Assembly: GCA_024626585.2 (NCBI GenBank) | Contig: JANKJI020000004.1 | Span: 143,012,186-143,036,152 of the forward strand | Direction of reading: 5' to 3' | DNA from: Ginkgo biloba | Lineage: Eukaryota > Plantae > Ginkgophyta | DNA: 23,967 nucleotides | Shown here: positions 1 through 12,500 of the stretch, piece by piece | How positions within the stretch are numbered: position 1 is the stretch's first letter | Layout: every line of letters begins with the position of its first letter | The notes under the pieces: generated by a model | The model's input: the letters and a program-made list of their open reading frames with translations, nothing else | The model's database searches: none | What the model was told of the DNA's origin: nothing | Translations under genes and position numbers: made by a program

Positions 1-2744
1 CTGTGGAAGACACTAGCCGAGTTAAAAAAATCTTAACCAGTTGTGTGCAAGTATCCAATTTCTAAGAAGAACAAAGAACCAAAGAGGGACACCTATTTCT
101 CCCAACAATCATACCGGCCATACAACATAGCCTATGTGACTATTACATCACTACAAAGGTAGTCTCCAAAAGAAGAGGGCATGCACCAATTCTGACTATA
201 CTGTACACTGCAGTACTGTTTGCTTGCAGCATATGCTCTGCTGAAGCATGATAGTATGTACTTTCTCAATACGTGCCCACAGTATGATTCAAGCTCGGGT
301 CTCTACTCTCTGACCCATAAAGACCTGTGGGTTGAACCAAATCTAGAAAGTACAAACATCCATGCTTTCTCAATTGGCATGCAACAAATACAAATTTACT
401 ATTTAGTCATTTCATCATACATGCAGTGTTTGATGCACCATCACTGTCATTGGAGACAATGCTTCAGTCGGAAAATATTAACTAGCTTCTCAACTGTAGA
501 GAGCATGTGGAATGTACCTTGATGGTTAGTGTACCTTATGTGGGAGGTGAAAGTCTGCTGCGGAAGCAACTATCCAAAAGTAGGGAGAATCGTAGCCCAG
601 TGTATATTATATGCATAACTGGTCAGGGAGTTATGTGTGCTGCTCTATTTTAAACACTTGAACCCAAAGTAGAAGCTGAAGTTGCCAATGGCAGATGGCA
701 CCTCAGAAAACAGGGCTAGAGGCAGAAATATGAAATGGTGTAGAAACTACTGATCTGAGTTCTGATCCTCCCTAGGCTTTCCTCATGCAGCTGGAATGCC
801 AAATAATGCATCAAATTTCCATAGTAAAATCCACTTTGTGTTGCCCATTGACCATTATGGGTTGTAGGCCTCGCCCTCCATTGTATGGACATTGTAAGTC
901 CTTAAGCAGCCATGTGAACTCAATTGAGTAATTTTTCTTCAAAAAAATGCAATTTTTTAAGCTGTTTCAACAACAGACCTTTTTTATTTATTATGATGAT
1001 TAAGTAGCTTCCAGATTTCCATATTGTCCTGGTGGGCCTAGGGTTTGGTGTCATTTTTATGGGGCAAGGGATGCATCTCATACAGCAATAATGCCAGCTT
1101 GTTTTATGAATGGATGAATTCTGAAAATGAGATATGCTATGTAGTACTGCTTAGAGATGGGAAGAAAAGACTTTAAATCCATAGGAGTGGGACCAAGATA
1201 GTCTGATAGAGTAATCAGTGATAATAGTTGAATCTATGAGGCAGTATCATCTTTGTTGCCCCTGTGATATTTTCCATATTCAATCAGGGACTGCAATCAT
1301 ATTTCAGGATAAAGGAGTTATTTTTCCCATGGATTAATTAAGTGGGAATAGTAATTAATGACTTAACGGGTGTATGTTAATGAAGTGTCCTATCAAATAC
1401 CCCTAGCGATTCATGCACTGGTATCATCAATGCAGCTTGTGATAGAGTGGTAGTCAGAATAGAATCCAGTGTTGCCACGCAGCTATGACTCAGCAATGTC
1501 ATCCCTAAGGAGTTAGTGATTTCAATTCTCGTACGATTGCCTCCATTTCTGGCATTCTTTAAAAAGAACTTTGATTTAATTCTTATATCACTTCTTCACC
1601 CCATTCTTTATGAGCATTTTACTTGTAAAGTTGCCATATTTTTTAGAAGCTTTTTTATTTCTGCATGCACATTCTAGTTGCACCAAACAACTCTTTATAT
1701 GTTTGAAATTGATTGGAGATTCCTATCTGTTTTCAAAAGAGTTTTATAATTTGTCAGACATACTTTTAGTAAATTGCTTCTGCGAAGAATTATAAGTAGG
1801 CTTCATGCTTAGTCTTCTGGCTGTATTCTTCAGCGGCCAAATTCACAAACTCATCTGTGCAATGTAACAGTGATCGCATGTCATTCTTTTATGACAGTCT
1901 GTGGACGCCACCTATAGTATAATTGGTGCAAATTATGGATTTACTCTTTCTATTAGATCTTCTGCCAGTAACAAGGAAATAGGACACAATGTTAAATAAA
2001 AAAAAAAAAATGGAATAAAACAAATAAGTTAGAATGAAATAATCAGCAGTTTTGTACNNNNNNNNNNNNNNNNNNNNNNNNNNNNNNNNNNNNNNNNNNN
2101 NNNNNNNNNNNNNNNNNNNNNNNNNNNNNNNNNNNNNNNNNNNNNNNNNNNNNNNNNTTCATCATACCTTATCCTTTCATGACACTTCATCTAAATTAAT
2201 TAACTACTAATTTTTATTATTACTTATGAAAGTTATACCATTAATTAATAATTAATATTAATTAAGGTCATAACATGTATTATATATATGTAAGAAAATT
2301 GAACTATGCAAATGGATTTGGTTAAAATTTATAGAAAACATATGCATCAAATTTGTTTAAAATACTTACAGTGTGCTTGTAAGACACTTGTACCCATGAG
2401 TCGTTAGAAGTTTTTATTATGTAATTAATATTACCTAAGAGTCCACAAGTCACACCATTATTATTGGAGGAAAAAATCACACTATAGAAATATTTATGTT
2501 TGATAATATAAGTGGAGGGAGTCAATGAAAATAACATTTAATCAAAGAATTATGGGAAGAAATTTTCTGTATTGCAAGTAAATGTGAAGTTCAACCAAAT
2601 ACATTGGATGACAAGAAGTCTCAACATAGTAACAATAATAATCCAGATTCAGCAATGATCATTGCATTGACATAGCTGGCATAATCTGCAGCTGATTCGT
2701 AGAAAGACAATAATGCAAATAATTCCAAATCGTTAAGGCTTCTA

Positions 2745-2900
2745 TAGCCAGGTGATGTTTTAGGCACAACTCCAATAAAATCCATGGATATACTTTTTCA
2801 TGGGCGATTTGGCACTGGCAAAGGGGTATACAACTCCAATACAACCTCTGATACTTGTTCAAAATGGACCATCTCCAAAGTTATGTTCAATATGAACAAG
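2745..2900 (-). mobile_element. Decayed Ty3/gypsy integrase fragment
   Basis: Minus strand reads ...IRGCI then (frameshift) ELYTPLPVPNRP*KSISMDFIGVVPKTS, matching the gypsy integrase motif GLYxPLPVPxRPWxSISMDF downstream of the zinc finger. It has a stop in place of W and an internal deletion. Confidence 0.8.
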
Positions 2901-4399
2901 TCTCAACAGAAAAAAATAGTGAGTTAATCAACTTCCATGTGCCTAGGGTTCTCGTGCCTATTTAGAATGGTGATCTTCTTTGGGTTACCTAAATTGATCA
3001 GATAGCTACCTTGAGCAAGGCGATAAACTAAACCAATCCAATACTATTGGGTCAACACATTCCCAACTGCTGCACATTAACCCCAACCTAGTCAATCCAA
3101 ATATATAATGAACAGAGTGAGTTGCTGTTCGAGGCCTATGGGGCAGCATTAGTGAATGTTACAAAATCCAAGGCTTATCATAATGTTGGTTTCATCAAAT
3201 AGTGGAAATGAACAGAGGCAATATAAGCTTATTATAGATCATACATAGAAATTCAGTAAAACACTCCATCCTTTAAAATTTGAGATGTATCCAAACTGAA
3301 GATGTTAGGAAGTATTGTGAAAGTTGAATCAACAGTACATTCTAAATCTGAGTTGGAGGTAGTTGGTCAACATTAACATCGATGTAGACAATTCCTTACA
3401 ATGTTACAAATAGGGCATAACATGGCATACTTTCAAGCAGTTAACTGAAAACAATTGAAGATATCATTGGTCAGGGAAAATATTTGCCTATATCTGATCT
3501 TCAGATGCTCCATAGAGTACTTCTAGCAAACAAAGTCGACCTGGAAGGCCCTAATAAGGTTGTACGTCTCTGATTGGATGTCAAGGTCATCCCAAGAGTA
3601 ACACTTGGACCAAAAAAGGTTCACCGAAAGTCAAAATGGAGCCCAACAGCCACCTTATTTGAATATGTATAGGCCATGCAATGGTCATTTTGATCTTTGT
3701 CTATTGGAAAAGTATCTTGGTTGTGCCTTTCATGACTGTGCTTTGCTTCTTCTGTTGTTTCTTCTTTTATATTGGCATTAACTGCATTTTGCCTGACTTA
3801 TTTTGTGCCCAAAAGTTGTTGCATGTTGTTATCTTCGATTCCGCTTGCTCCTATTGCCCTATCATTCTATCTTTTCCAATTATATCATTTGGAAGTAATT
3901 AGAATTTATTTTCATTTATTTTGCATACAATCTAGCCATGAATTTGGCTTTGTTGTTGGTTTAATCCAAGTTTTATTAGTTGCCCAATTAATGGCATATG
4001 TTGCTCAATTGATTGTATGGTTGAAGATTAAAGTTTGATATCCATATGTTTCATTGCATGCTTAGAAACTTGATGCTGTCCTCGATTATGCATAACATGG
4101 GTGCGAATGATGAATGAGGATGTTTTGATAGGGTTAGCAAGTGCCAAAAGTTTGTGTTAGCAAGTTAGGCAATGGTTGAATAAGGCGTTCGAAACCAAAA
4201 GTCTTAGACAATGGTTAAGGATGTACATGTACATGTAAGACCCAAAGTCTCCAAGTGGCGTGAAGAATTGCAAGATAGTAGGTAGGATAGTTGAAAGACA
4301 CCCTAGCCTTAGTTTGTCAAGATAGTAGGTAGGGTAGTTGAAATGTTAGATGATCACTTTGATGTGCTTATGTGGAATTAAGTTAATATACCTAGTAAA

Positions 4400-5069
4400 T
4401 TGTATGGGGTGGCACCATTGCGATACACGAGCATTGGAAGATAGTAGGGGACCATCTAACATATAAGCATTGTGGAGTCAACTTTGCTCAGAGATCGGAA
4501 TTGTTATTCATGCTTAAGCGTGGCATAAACAAGGATGTTATAGCCCAACAAATCTAGGGTAATTTCACCTTGAAAAGAGGGAAAGAGTGCAAGTTTAATA
4601 ATGAAGCCCGCATATATGTATTACAGCTTTTAATTGCGCTGTCTAGAGAGGTATTGAGGAGAGAGAAAGGCGAGCAAACTAAGGCCCTAAGGTTAAACCT
4701 ATGTAGGGTGTCTCCAATAGAGTGATAACATGTGCCAAACGGCTCCATAGAAGAGCACTTGGTGTTAGGGTGTCACCAAGGATGAGTGCAGCCTTTCTAT
4801 GTAGATATTCAACTAAATTTTTCTATTTATTCAAAGGTTGCAAGGGCTTATGCAACTTTCTCACATTGATTCTAATATTCTGGCTTCGGGTGCCAGTGTT
4901 TTCTCCTTCAGCTTCAAATTTCTTCTGCATAGTTGGGCGCTCTCATCTAGGCTTCCATATTTTGCATTGCTAAGATATTTTTGAGTTAAGGAGGTGATAT
5001 CTCAGTTGTCCTCTTTTTTGCAACTAAGTAGCAGGTGTTGTCTTTTGAGGAGCGTGTCTCACCCTAGAG
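4400..5069. mobile_element. Probable diverged copy of repeat family A, inverted relative to the copies at 11501 and 19200
   Basis: Reverse complements of 4561-4576, 4758-4777 and 4959-4969 match 20081-20096, 19749-19766 and 19632-19642 in collinear order. Spacing between anchors differs and boundaries are approximate. Confidence 0.5.
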
Positions 5070-5221
5070 NNNNNNNNNNNNNNNNNNNNNNNNNNNNNNN
5101 NNNNNNNNNNNNNNNNNNNNNNNNNNNNNNNNNNNNNNNNNNNNNNNNNNNNNNNNNNNNNNNNNNNNNTTATTTCTTCTTCTCCTTGTGAGAACCTATA
5201 TTTTAGGAGCATATTGCTCCT

Positions 5222-5310
5222 CTCTTCTACTTGGGAAAGCAGAGTGCTTCCCTCTTCTACTTGGAAGCAAAGTGCTTCCTCTTCACCTTGGATAGTAGAG
5301 TGCTATCTCT
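5222..5310 (+). repeat. Degenerate ~28-30 bp tandem repeat, about 3 copies
   Basis: Units ctcttctacttgggaaagcagagtgcttcc / ctcttctacttggaagcaaagtgcttc / ctcttcaccttggatagtagagtgctatc. Confidence 0.75.
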
Positions 5311-6174
5311 CTCGAGCTTTATATTACATTAGTGTGGACTTGAGATGTGGATATTAGTTACATTGTGCATATATTTCATGTTTTCTGCTGTGACTTTGCA
5401 TTTTATATCATTTGGAGCAATATGTGTGGTTATTTGTCATATTTTGACATAACACTGACTAACTCCTTTTCTTTGTTGTTAGGTTGGCCTTGGTTAAGTG
5501 TAGCTAATGTTGTAGTTTTATGGCGGTCTAGATGGTTGTAACTCAATGCTAGTGGGGTGATTGTAAGTGTAAATCGAGCTAATCCAAAGGAAATGATAGT
5601 GGGCGGTGTTCCTATTACATTGGAAATGGTGTTATTGTCCGAAGGAGTTTTTGCCCTGATTTAGTTAACTCAAAACTAGGATGGTCTTACTCTGAGAGCA
5701 TTCGAGGATGAGGAGGCAATTTTAACCTAGATTTATGGTGAGTAGGATCACCTCCAACAAGGTTTCCCGATGATGGCAAAATATCATACCTTGGAGTCCA
5801 TAGGACATGTAGAAAGGAATGATTGTATAGTTGAGAGACAAAGGAAAGGTAAGTATTTGGCCTCCTTAGATGAGCAAAGTGCACTAGTCCAGCCAACGAA
5901 TCCAATTTATAGTATTACTAGTATGGGTTTTTATGACGAAGAAGATTGGATGCAATTGTTGCAACACCAAGAGGAGCCAACACAGGAGGTAGATATTGGG
6001 CTTGAAGGGAAGCCAAAAGTCCTTTGTTTTGGTATGTCCTATTCTCTATATGGCCATTTTGCACTTTAAAATCCTGAAGTTCGATAATTTCTGCTAAGGA
6101 AATGCATATCATTGGAGTTTGCCTAAGTTTGCAGGAACTTGTCAAAAATTGCACATAAATGCAATTTTACAAAG

Positions 6175-7390
6175 TGTAGCGATGGGTACCGAAAGCCTAA
6201 CTTAAGACAAATTGTCCATCGCTATGATGAAGGATGATCCATGAAGCTTGATTGATCTCCAATATTTATATAATGAGATATCATGGTCCATTGGTAGAAG
6301 AAATAAATCATTCTCTTGAATAATGGATGAATGATTCAAACTTGGTAAAAAAAAGTAAGTTTCCAGTGCCCATTGTTAAGTTCCATACTTTTGCATATTT
6401 TTATAAACTTAGAAAAAGGAAACAATAGTGCACAAGGAAGTGACATAGAAAAGGGTTGCAACAAAAGTGCAATGCCACATAGGTTTGTAAAACTTGAGAT
6501 AAAATGACAAAAATATGTAATATAACAAGATTTTATTATAGTATAAATGGTTGTAACAAGGTCAATAGTCTAGATTAAATCTATCAAGATTGATAGTGCA
6601 TATGGTAGTGCCATATTGTCCTTGATTGTAAAAAGACAAAAGGATGTGATATATTGTGAAAGGATGTGATAATGCATAAGGAAACAATAGTGAAAAAGGA
6701 TGCAAAAATATCAATAAATAAGATTCACTCTAGTGAGATCAACATTGTGAGACAAAGTAGAAGACTATGTATAATGGTCAAGTGACCAAAAGCATGCAAA
6801 AATTACACACATCAATGGCGTACGATAAAGGCATAAGTCTATGAAATTCTATCAACTGACAAATATTGGTAAATATGTTAAAGTATCATGATGGTATAAC
6901 AGAGTGACTTCAAGTTTCCTACATGCCAATACTTCCACCACCTCAATTTATCTACCATGTGGTAGATACTCTACATTAGTAAGTTATGGCAAAGAAAAAG
7001 ATATCTTGATTTTCCATGCATCTAAAAGATTCTTAGAGATAACTACCTTAGTGTAGTTCTCTATAAATGGAATGAGCCTAAATGGCTCACAGTCTCTCTA
7101 ATANNNNNNNNNNNNNNNNNNNNNNNNNNNNNNNNNNTCTCCCTCACTCCTGAGCCTTTTGGCTCTAAGAGTTAAATCTTCAATAACTTATTACTATAGT
7201 TTAATTCCTCAAGCTTTATGATTCTTCTAGGTGATTGTGATTTCATCTACTACCAAGTGATGGTCTTATGAATATTTGGCATTTGTTACTAGAGTTTGAT
7301 TCCTTGATCTCTGTAATCATTCTAAGAAAAATCTTACAATTCCATCTATAAATTATAATTCAATCCTCATGTAAGGAAGTAGTTCTTAAT
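6175..7390 (+). mobile_element. Old LTR-like block, family B copy 1
   Basis: Possible TGTAGCG start at 6175, TATAAAT at 7062 followed by a CT-rich stretch and a T-rich tail. Shares motifs with 7700-8480. Ends approximate, no TSD found. Confidence 0.55.
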
Positions 7391-7699
7391 ATTATAATTT
7401 TTTTTAAGAAACTTTGCTTATGTATAGGCATGTGATGTATATACTAATGTTGTGATTTATATATTTATTATGGTCCCAAATTACCTCTATTTCTATTCCA
7501 ATTTAAATATGTTTTAATTATGTTAATTGATAAACGTGATTCTACATTATGTTTCATGAGGGATTTTAGATAATAATTAGTATTAANNNNNNNNNNNNNN
7601 NNNNNNNNNNNNNNNNNNNNNNNNNNNNNNNNNNNNNNNNNNNNNNNNNNNNNNNNNNNNNNNNNNNNNNNNNNNNNNNNNNNNNNATAGCCCATCATT

Positions 7700-8480
7700 T
7701 TTTTTTTTGGTTACGATAGTGAATAAGACAATGATAGTGTAAAGGGTTGTGACAAAAGAAAAATGCCGTGCAAGATTGTCATGTTGCAAAAGGATGAAAT
7801 AGTGGCAAAAGTTAAGGAAATGAGAAATGGATATAAACATATCAACGACAGAGGTTGATTATAATGAGATCAAGTATTTATGAGTTAAAGCATAAGACCT
7901 TGCATGCTTTTTCAAATGATAAAGGAATTCAAAATTGCATAGGGGAATAATGAGAGGCATAGTGTAAGGTCATGTATTCATGTAAAAATGATAAAGACCA
8001 ACAAAAATGCCAAAATATCATGATGATATGATAGAGAAATTTTGATCCTCTAACATGCCATCTTAGTTCGTCTTCTATGTGGAAAAACTCCACGTCATCC
8101 AACTTTGACCAAGAAGATGAAACTGATGATTTTTATAATCGATTCAATAATTACAACAAAAGGAGATATAACAAAATCTCTCGAGAGGAAGTAAGCATGT
8201 TATTTTAGTTCCTTTAATAGTTTGTTCCTTGAACAAATGATTCTCTTGGAGTTCTTAGAGTTCTATTATTATTCCTTCTTCTTCTTCAAGCATTAAGCTT
8301 CTAATTCTATCTTCAAGTTGTAAGCTAATCCTCATGTGAGGTAGCAACTTTGTGCACTCTAATTATTAATCTCGATTGCCAGATATGGAACTTTGTAATT
8401 GTGGAGTATGATTCCACCATCAAGCTTTGTTGTAAGCTTAGTAGAGCATGTCATTTGTTTCTTTAATAAAAGCAATCTTT
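7700..8480 (+). mobile_element. Old LTR-like block, family B copy 2
   Basis: aaagggttgtgacaaaag (7741) vs aaagggttgcaacaaaag (6451); tatcatgatgatatgatagag..acatgcca (~8015-8060) vs tatcatgatggtataacagag..acatgcca (~6885-6928); aatcctcatgtgaggtagc (~8327) vs aatcctcatgtaaggaagt (~7362). Confidence 0.6.
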
Positions 8481-8544
8481 ACATATGATTGCCACCTGTG
8501 AATGTGGTTTTTGTTCATTTCAAATTTTCACTATACACGATTTG

Positions 8545-9060
8545 CATTTTAGATCATTTAGGAATAGGCACTGGCATCAATAATCTAGGCAGTTGATTTC
8601 TATCTACCTTGTTTACTTGACATTGCTCACATATCCACATATTCTTCAATTTCCTTCATTATATTCTTCCAATAAATAATTTTTTTAGTGGCATCATATG
8701 TTTTGTCCTTACCCACATTGGTAGCAAACAAACTATCATGCAATCCATATAATATCTTATACTTGAATTCAGTAGTATCTTCGATAACCACTCAATCTCC
8801 ATATCATAATAACTCATGATGATATATAAAAGTTCGCATATGCTCACCATTATTGAATGCTTGTTTTACTTCCTAACACCACTTGTCTTATTCCTGTGCT
8901 TCTTGGATTCCCTTCCTAAAAGATCCTTACATAACCGAAATATTACTCACCTGTGGCATTCTTGATAGTGCATCTACTACTATATTTTCCTTTTGTGCTT
9001 TATAAGTCATCTTGGAATTGAATTCCTAAAATATCATCGCCATTTTGTATTTCCTGTACC
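8545..9060 (-). mobile_element. Decayed Ty3/gypsy pol fragment (RNase H C-terminus to integrase zinc finger)
   Basis: Minus strand: EFNSKMTYKAQKENIVVDALSRMP (RNase H end, N-x-VADALSR motif), then KILYGLHDSLFATNVGKDKTYDATKKIIYWKNIMKEIEEYV, frameshift, ICEQCQVNKVDRNQLPRLLMPVPIPK. RNase H before integrase is the gypsy domain order. Several stops. Confidence 0.9.
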
Positions 9061-9171
9061 CCATTTNNNNNNNNNNNNNNNNNNNNNNNNNNNNNNNNNN
9101 NNNNNNNNNNNNNNNNNNNNNNNNNNNNNNNNNNNNNNNNNNNNNNNNNNNNNNNNNNNNNNNNNNAGCAG

Positions 9172-9308
9172 CTGGTGGTCATGTTTCAATTATGAACTTG
9201 CTTCAGAGATATGGTGCTGGTGTGAATTCTAGAGATGGCTGTGGTTGCACACCCTTGCATCATGCAGCCAAGGGAGGACATGTTGATTCAGTTTCTTGGT
9301 TAATACAG
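9172..9308 (+). CDS. Internal coding exon A of an ankyrin-repeat protein gene
   Basis: Translates as (A)GGHVSIMNLLQRYGAGVNSRDGCGCTPLHHAAKGGHVDSVSWLIQ, matching the ankyrin consensus G-x-TPLHxAAxxGHxxxVxxLL. Donor CAG|GT at 9309 (phase 0). Acceptor in 'agcag' right after an N gap; 9172 chosen because it keeps the repeat register, 9169 is the alternative. Confidence 0.88.
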
Positions 9309-10440
9309 GTTCACTGCCTTCTATGCTTACACTTATTGATGTTATGCAATGGCTTTGAAATTATGGAGATGAACACGGTTATTTAGTGTTTTGCTATGTT
9401 AAAAATGCTNNNNNNNNNNNNNNNNNNNNNNNNNNNNNNNNNNNNNNNNNNNNNNNNNNNNNNNAGTAGTCGCATTTCTAGCCTCTAAGAGTATTGAAGA
9501 CGGGTTTTAGGGAAGTTTTTATCCTCCGTTATAATTGCAAATCTTTCTCACATGAGTAGCATCAGAGCAAAGGAGGATGCCAAACAGCTTTCCAGTATAT
9601 GCAGACAGTTTTCAAATATATTGATCTCAGTCTAAGAGTTCAGGCTGATCATTGTAAGGAAGTCCTGAGAAAATGTTAATTGCAGAGATATGACAAAACC
9701 ACTGGTAAGGCTGGACTAAGCAGCATCATTAGTTTCATGAAACAGAGTATCATTCGTTATGGCCAACCTGCAGTACCCTTGGCTAGGTAACACGAGATAG
9801 ATCCCTTGGTTAGAGTTAGTGAAGCTGCAGTTGGGAAGATGAAGCTGAAATTCTTAATCCCCATTGATGTAATAGGTCTGGTGTTCGACAAATCTCAAAG
9901 AGACATGCTTGTTTTTCATAGAATATCAGTATCGTCATCTAGCTTTTCAAAAAAACAAAGCTGCAGTTGGGAAGTTAGAGCTCCAATATGAATTTCCATG
10001 CTAGTTGTCTGTATACCATAAATAAAATATTTGAATGGGGGTTGTGAGGAGTGCTCTGTGAATGGCAAGTTAAGATAATAATCTATTATGTACAAATGTA
10101 TCCTGTTTTGATGTGAGAGTTGAGGATGTAGAAAAAACAAGGAGAAGAGCCAACAAAGAACTTTATTGCATATCATATGTTCTCAAATTTTTGTACTTGA
10201 TTCGGATTATATGTTTGCAACTTCGAAAGTATGATGATTGCACTTCTAAGAGTGTAATTTTGTGCTTTTGTAAGTCTAGATTTAAGCTTGTGTGGATGAA
10301 GACTAGATCTAGGTTTTGAGCTAAATCAGCACAAACTGAAATCAATAAGCTGAGAATGAGGTTTTTGAGTGTCTGACTTCAACAGTTAAGTTTGTGATTT
10401 AACTTTGGTTTTAAATATTTAAAACCTTATTTTTGGATTT

Positions 10441-10540
10441 TAGGCTTTTAGGAAACTATGAAATATAAACAATTCATAGAAAGTAAAATATAGGCTTTTA
10501 GGAAACTATAAACTATAAACAATTCATACAAAGTAAGACA
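10441..10540 (+). repeat. 50-bp tandem duplication (2 copies)
   Basis: taggcttttaggaaactatgaaatataaacaattcatagaaagtaaaata followed directly by taggcttttaggaaactataaactataaacaattcatacaaagtaagaca. Confidence 0.92.
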
Positions 10541-11500
10541 GGAAGCAACTGACTGAAACAAAAAAGGCTGAAAATNNNNNNNNNNNNNNNNNNNNNNNNN
10601 NNNNNNNNNNNNNNNNNNNNNNNNNNNNNNNNNNNNNNNNNNNNNNNNNNNNNNNNNNNNNNNNNNNNNNNNNNNNNNNNNNNNNNNNNNNNNNNNNNNN
10701 NNNNNNNNNNNNNNNNNNNNNNNNNNNNNNNNNNNNNNNNNNNNNNNNNNNNNNNNNNNNNNNNNNNNNNNNNNNNNNNNNNNNNNNNNNNNNNNNNNNN
10801 NNNNNNNNNNNNNNNNNNNNNNNNNNNNNNNNNNNNNNNNNNNNNNNNNNNNNNNNNNNNNNNNNNNNNNNNNNNNNNNNNNNNNNNNNNNNNNNNNNNN
10901 NNNNNNNNNNNNNNNNNNNNNNNNNNNNNNNNNNNNNNNNNNNNNNNNNNNNNNNNNNNNNNNNNNNNNNNNNNNNNNNNNNNNNNNNNNNNNNNNNNNN
11001 NNNNNNNNNNNNNNNNNNNNNNNNNNNNNNNNNNNNNNNNNNNNNNNNNNNNNNNNNNNNNNNNNNNNNNNNNNNNNNNNNNNNNNNNNNNNNNNNNNNN
11101 NNNNNNNNNNNNNNNNNNNNNNNNNNNNNNNNNNNNNNNNNNNNNNNNNNNNNNNNNNNNNNNNNNNNNNNNNNNNNNNNNNNNNNNNNNNNNNNNNNNN
11201 NNNNNNNNNNNNNNNNNNNNNNNNNNNNNNNNNNNNNNNNNNNNNNNNNNNNNNNNNNNNNNNNNNNNNNNNNNNNNNNNNNNNNNNNNNNNNNNNNNNN
11301 NNNNNNNNNNNNNNNNNNNNNNNNNNNNNNNNNNNNNNNNNNNNNNNNNNNNNNNNNNNNNNNNNNNNNNNNNNNNNNNNNNNNNNNNNNNNNNNNNNNN
11401 NNNNNNNNNNNNNNNNNNNNNNNNNNNNNNNNNNNNNNNNNNNNNNNNNNNNNNNNNNNNNNNNNNNNNNNNNNNNNNNNNNNNNNNNNNNNNNNNNNNN

Positions 11501-12500
11501 CCTATCTTCCCTAAGTCAAGTCACTAGGGTTTTTGTAGTAGTAAGGTAGGGAAATTTCAAAAGTTCAATGTCAACAAGTATGCATGAAATAAAAGTCATA
11601 ATAGTACAACTATTGCCCCAATGCATTAATTAACCCCTATGACCAAGGGCACCCTACCTCTAAGGTTCTATTGCATTTAAATTGTAGAGCTTAGAACCCC
11701 TCTAATTATAAGTAAAACACAAATACTAATTTGTCTAAAAGATACCAAAAATACTTTAAGTTATGTATTCTGGAATTAAAAGATACCCTATAGTTCAACA
11801 ATACTTACAATAGCATAGACTTAGCCATAAGAAATGATGAAGTCTACCTTCCAGAACATTCAGGTTTTGAAAAATGTTAGAAATCAGCCAAGGAATAAGT
11901 AATGACTTGGATAAAAGGAAATCTTGGGTGCTATTACTGTGTAGAAACAAGTCATTAGGTTCCCAGCAAGAGCTACGACTTTCTTATGGGGTACGTTGGG
12001 CCTCAAGTGACGACAACAAATGGATTAACACCTCCAATGAGGTTGCCCTCAACCAAGGAACAAACTTGACTAGTTTCTCCTTGAAAATTTGTAGTAGAAG
12101 TTGTTATATAAGAGAATTTCTAGCCACTAGTTATGAAAGAAATAGACAGTGTGTAGATATGCTACTTGCATGAGAGAGGTTCCACAGGCAAAATTTAGAA
12201 AATGATCCAAAGAAGAGAGAACAGGTTGAGAGGAGAATAATAAGATGTCTTAAGGGTTGTCTAAGCCTCAACAAGCCCCCTACTATACCATAAGTTGGGC
12301 ACAATCCACCACATAAGGGTTAGGATCAGCCTTGGAGTTGCCCTCATACCCCAAGGAGCCCTTTGTGGCCTTCCACTAACTAAAATTACATCATGAAGGG
12401 AGGTGCCCATAACCAGAGCATCCCCTTGGCCTCTCTCTTCACAATTTTCCCTCTCTTGAGAACTTGATTTGGAGTGCTCATCAAAAGTTGTAAAATGCAT
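11501..12500. mobile_element. Repeat family A copy (non-coding, probably LTR/leader of a retrotransposon)
   Basis: tgaccaagggcaccctacc (11640) vs tgaccaagggtgccctacc (19331); acacctccaatgaggttgccctcaaccaaggaa (12028) vs acacctctattgaggtcaccctacaccaaagaa (19736); ttgcatgagagagg (~12166) vs ttgcataagagagg (~20066). Confidence 0.7.

Noticed and set aside
220-522. 100-aa ORF
   Set aside because: Non-ATG start, no motif, no supporting splice structure.
5770-6069. 99-aa ORF as a gene or gag start
   Set aside because: No recognisable domain; lies in repeat-like sequence.
9309-9386. C-terminal tail VHCLLCLHLL... of ORF 9045-9386
   Set aside because: Intron read-through past the donor at 9309; ankyrin periodicity instead resumes in exon B.
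9686-9704. 19-nt micro-exon candidate (tgcag|AGATATGACAAAACCACTG|gtaagg)
   Set aside because: Poor pyrimidine tract, it would frameshift, and exons A and B already join in register. No support without RNA data.
9822-9973. Short direct repeat aagctgcagttgggaag (two copies ~135 bp apart) as a TSD or element boundary
   Set aside because: No TIR, poly(A) or other element hallmark between the copies.
10576-11500. N runs and ORFs spanning them (here and at the other gaps)
   Set aside because: Assembly gaps; X-containing ORFs are artefacts, and 100-N gaps are probably placeholders of unknown true size.
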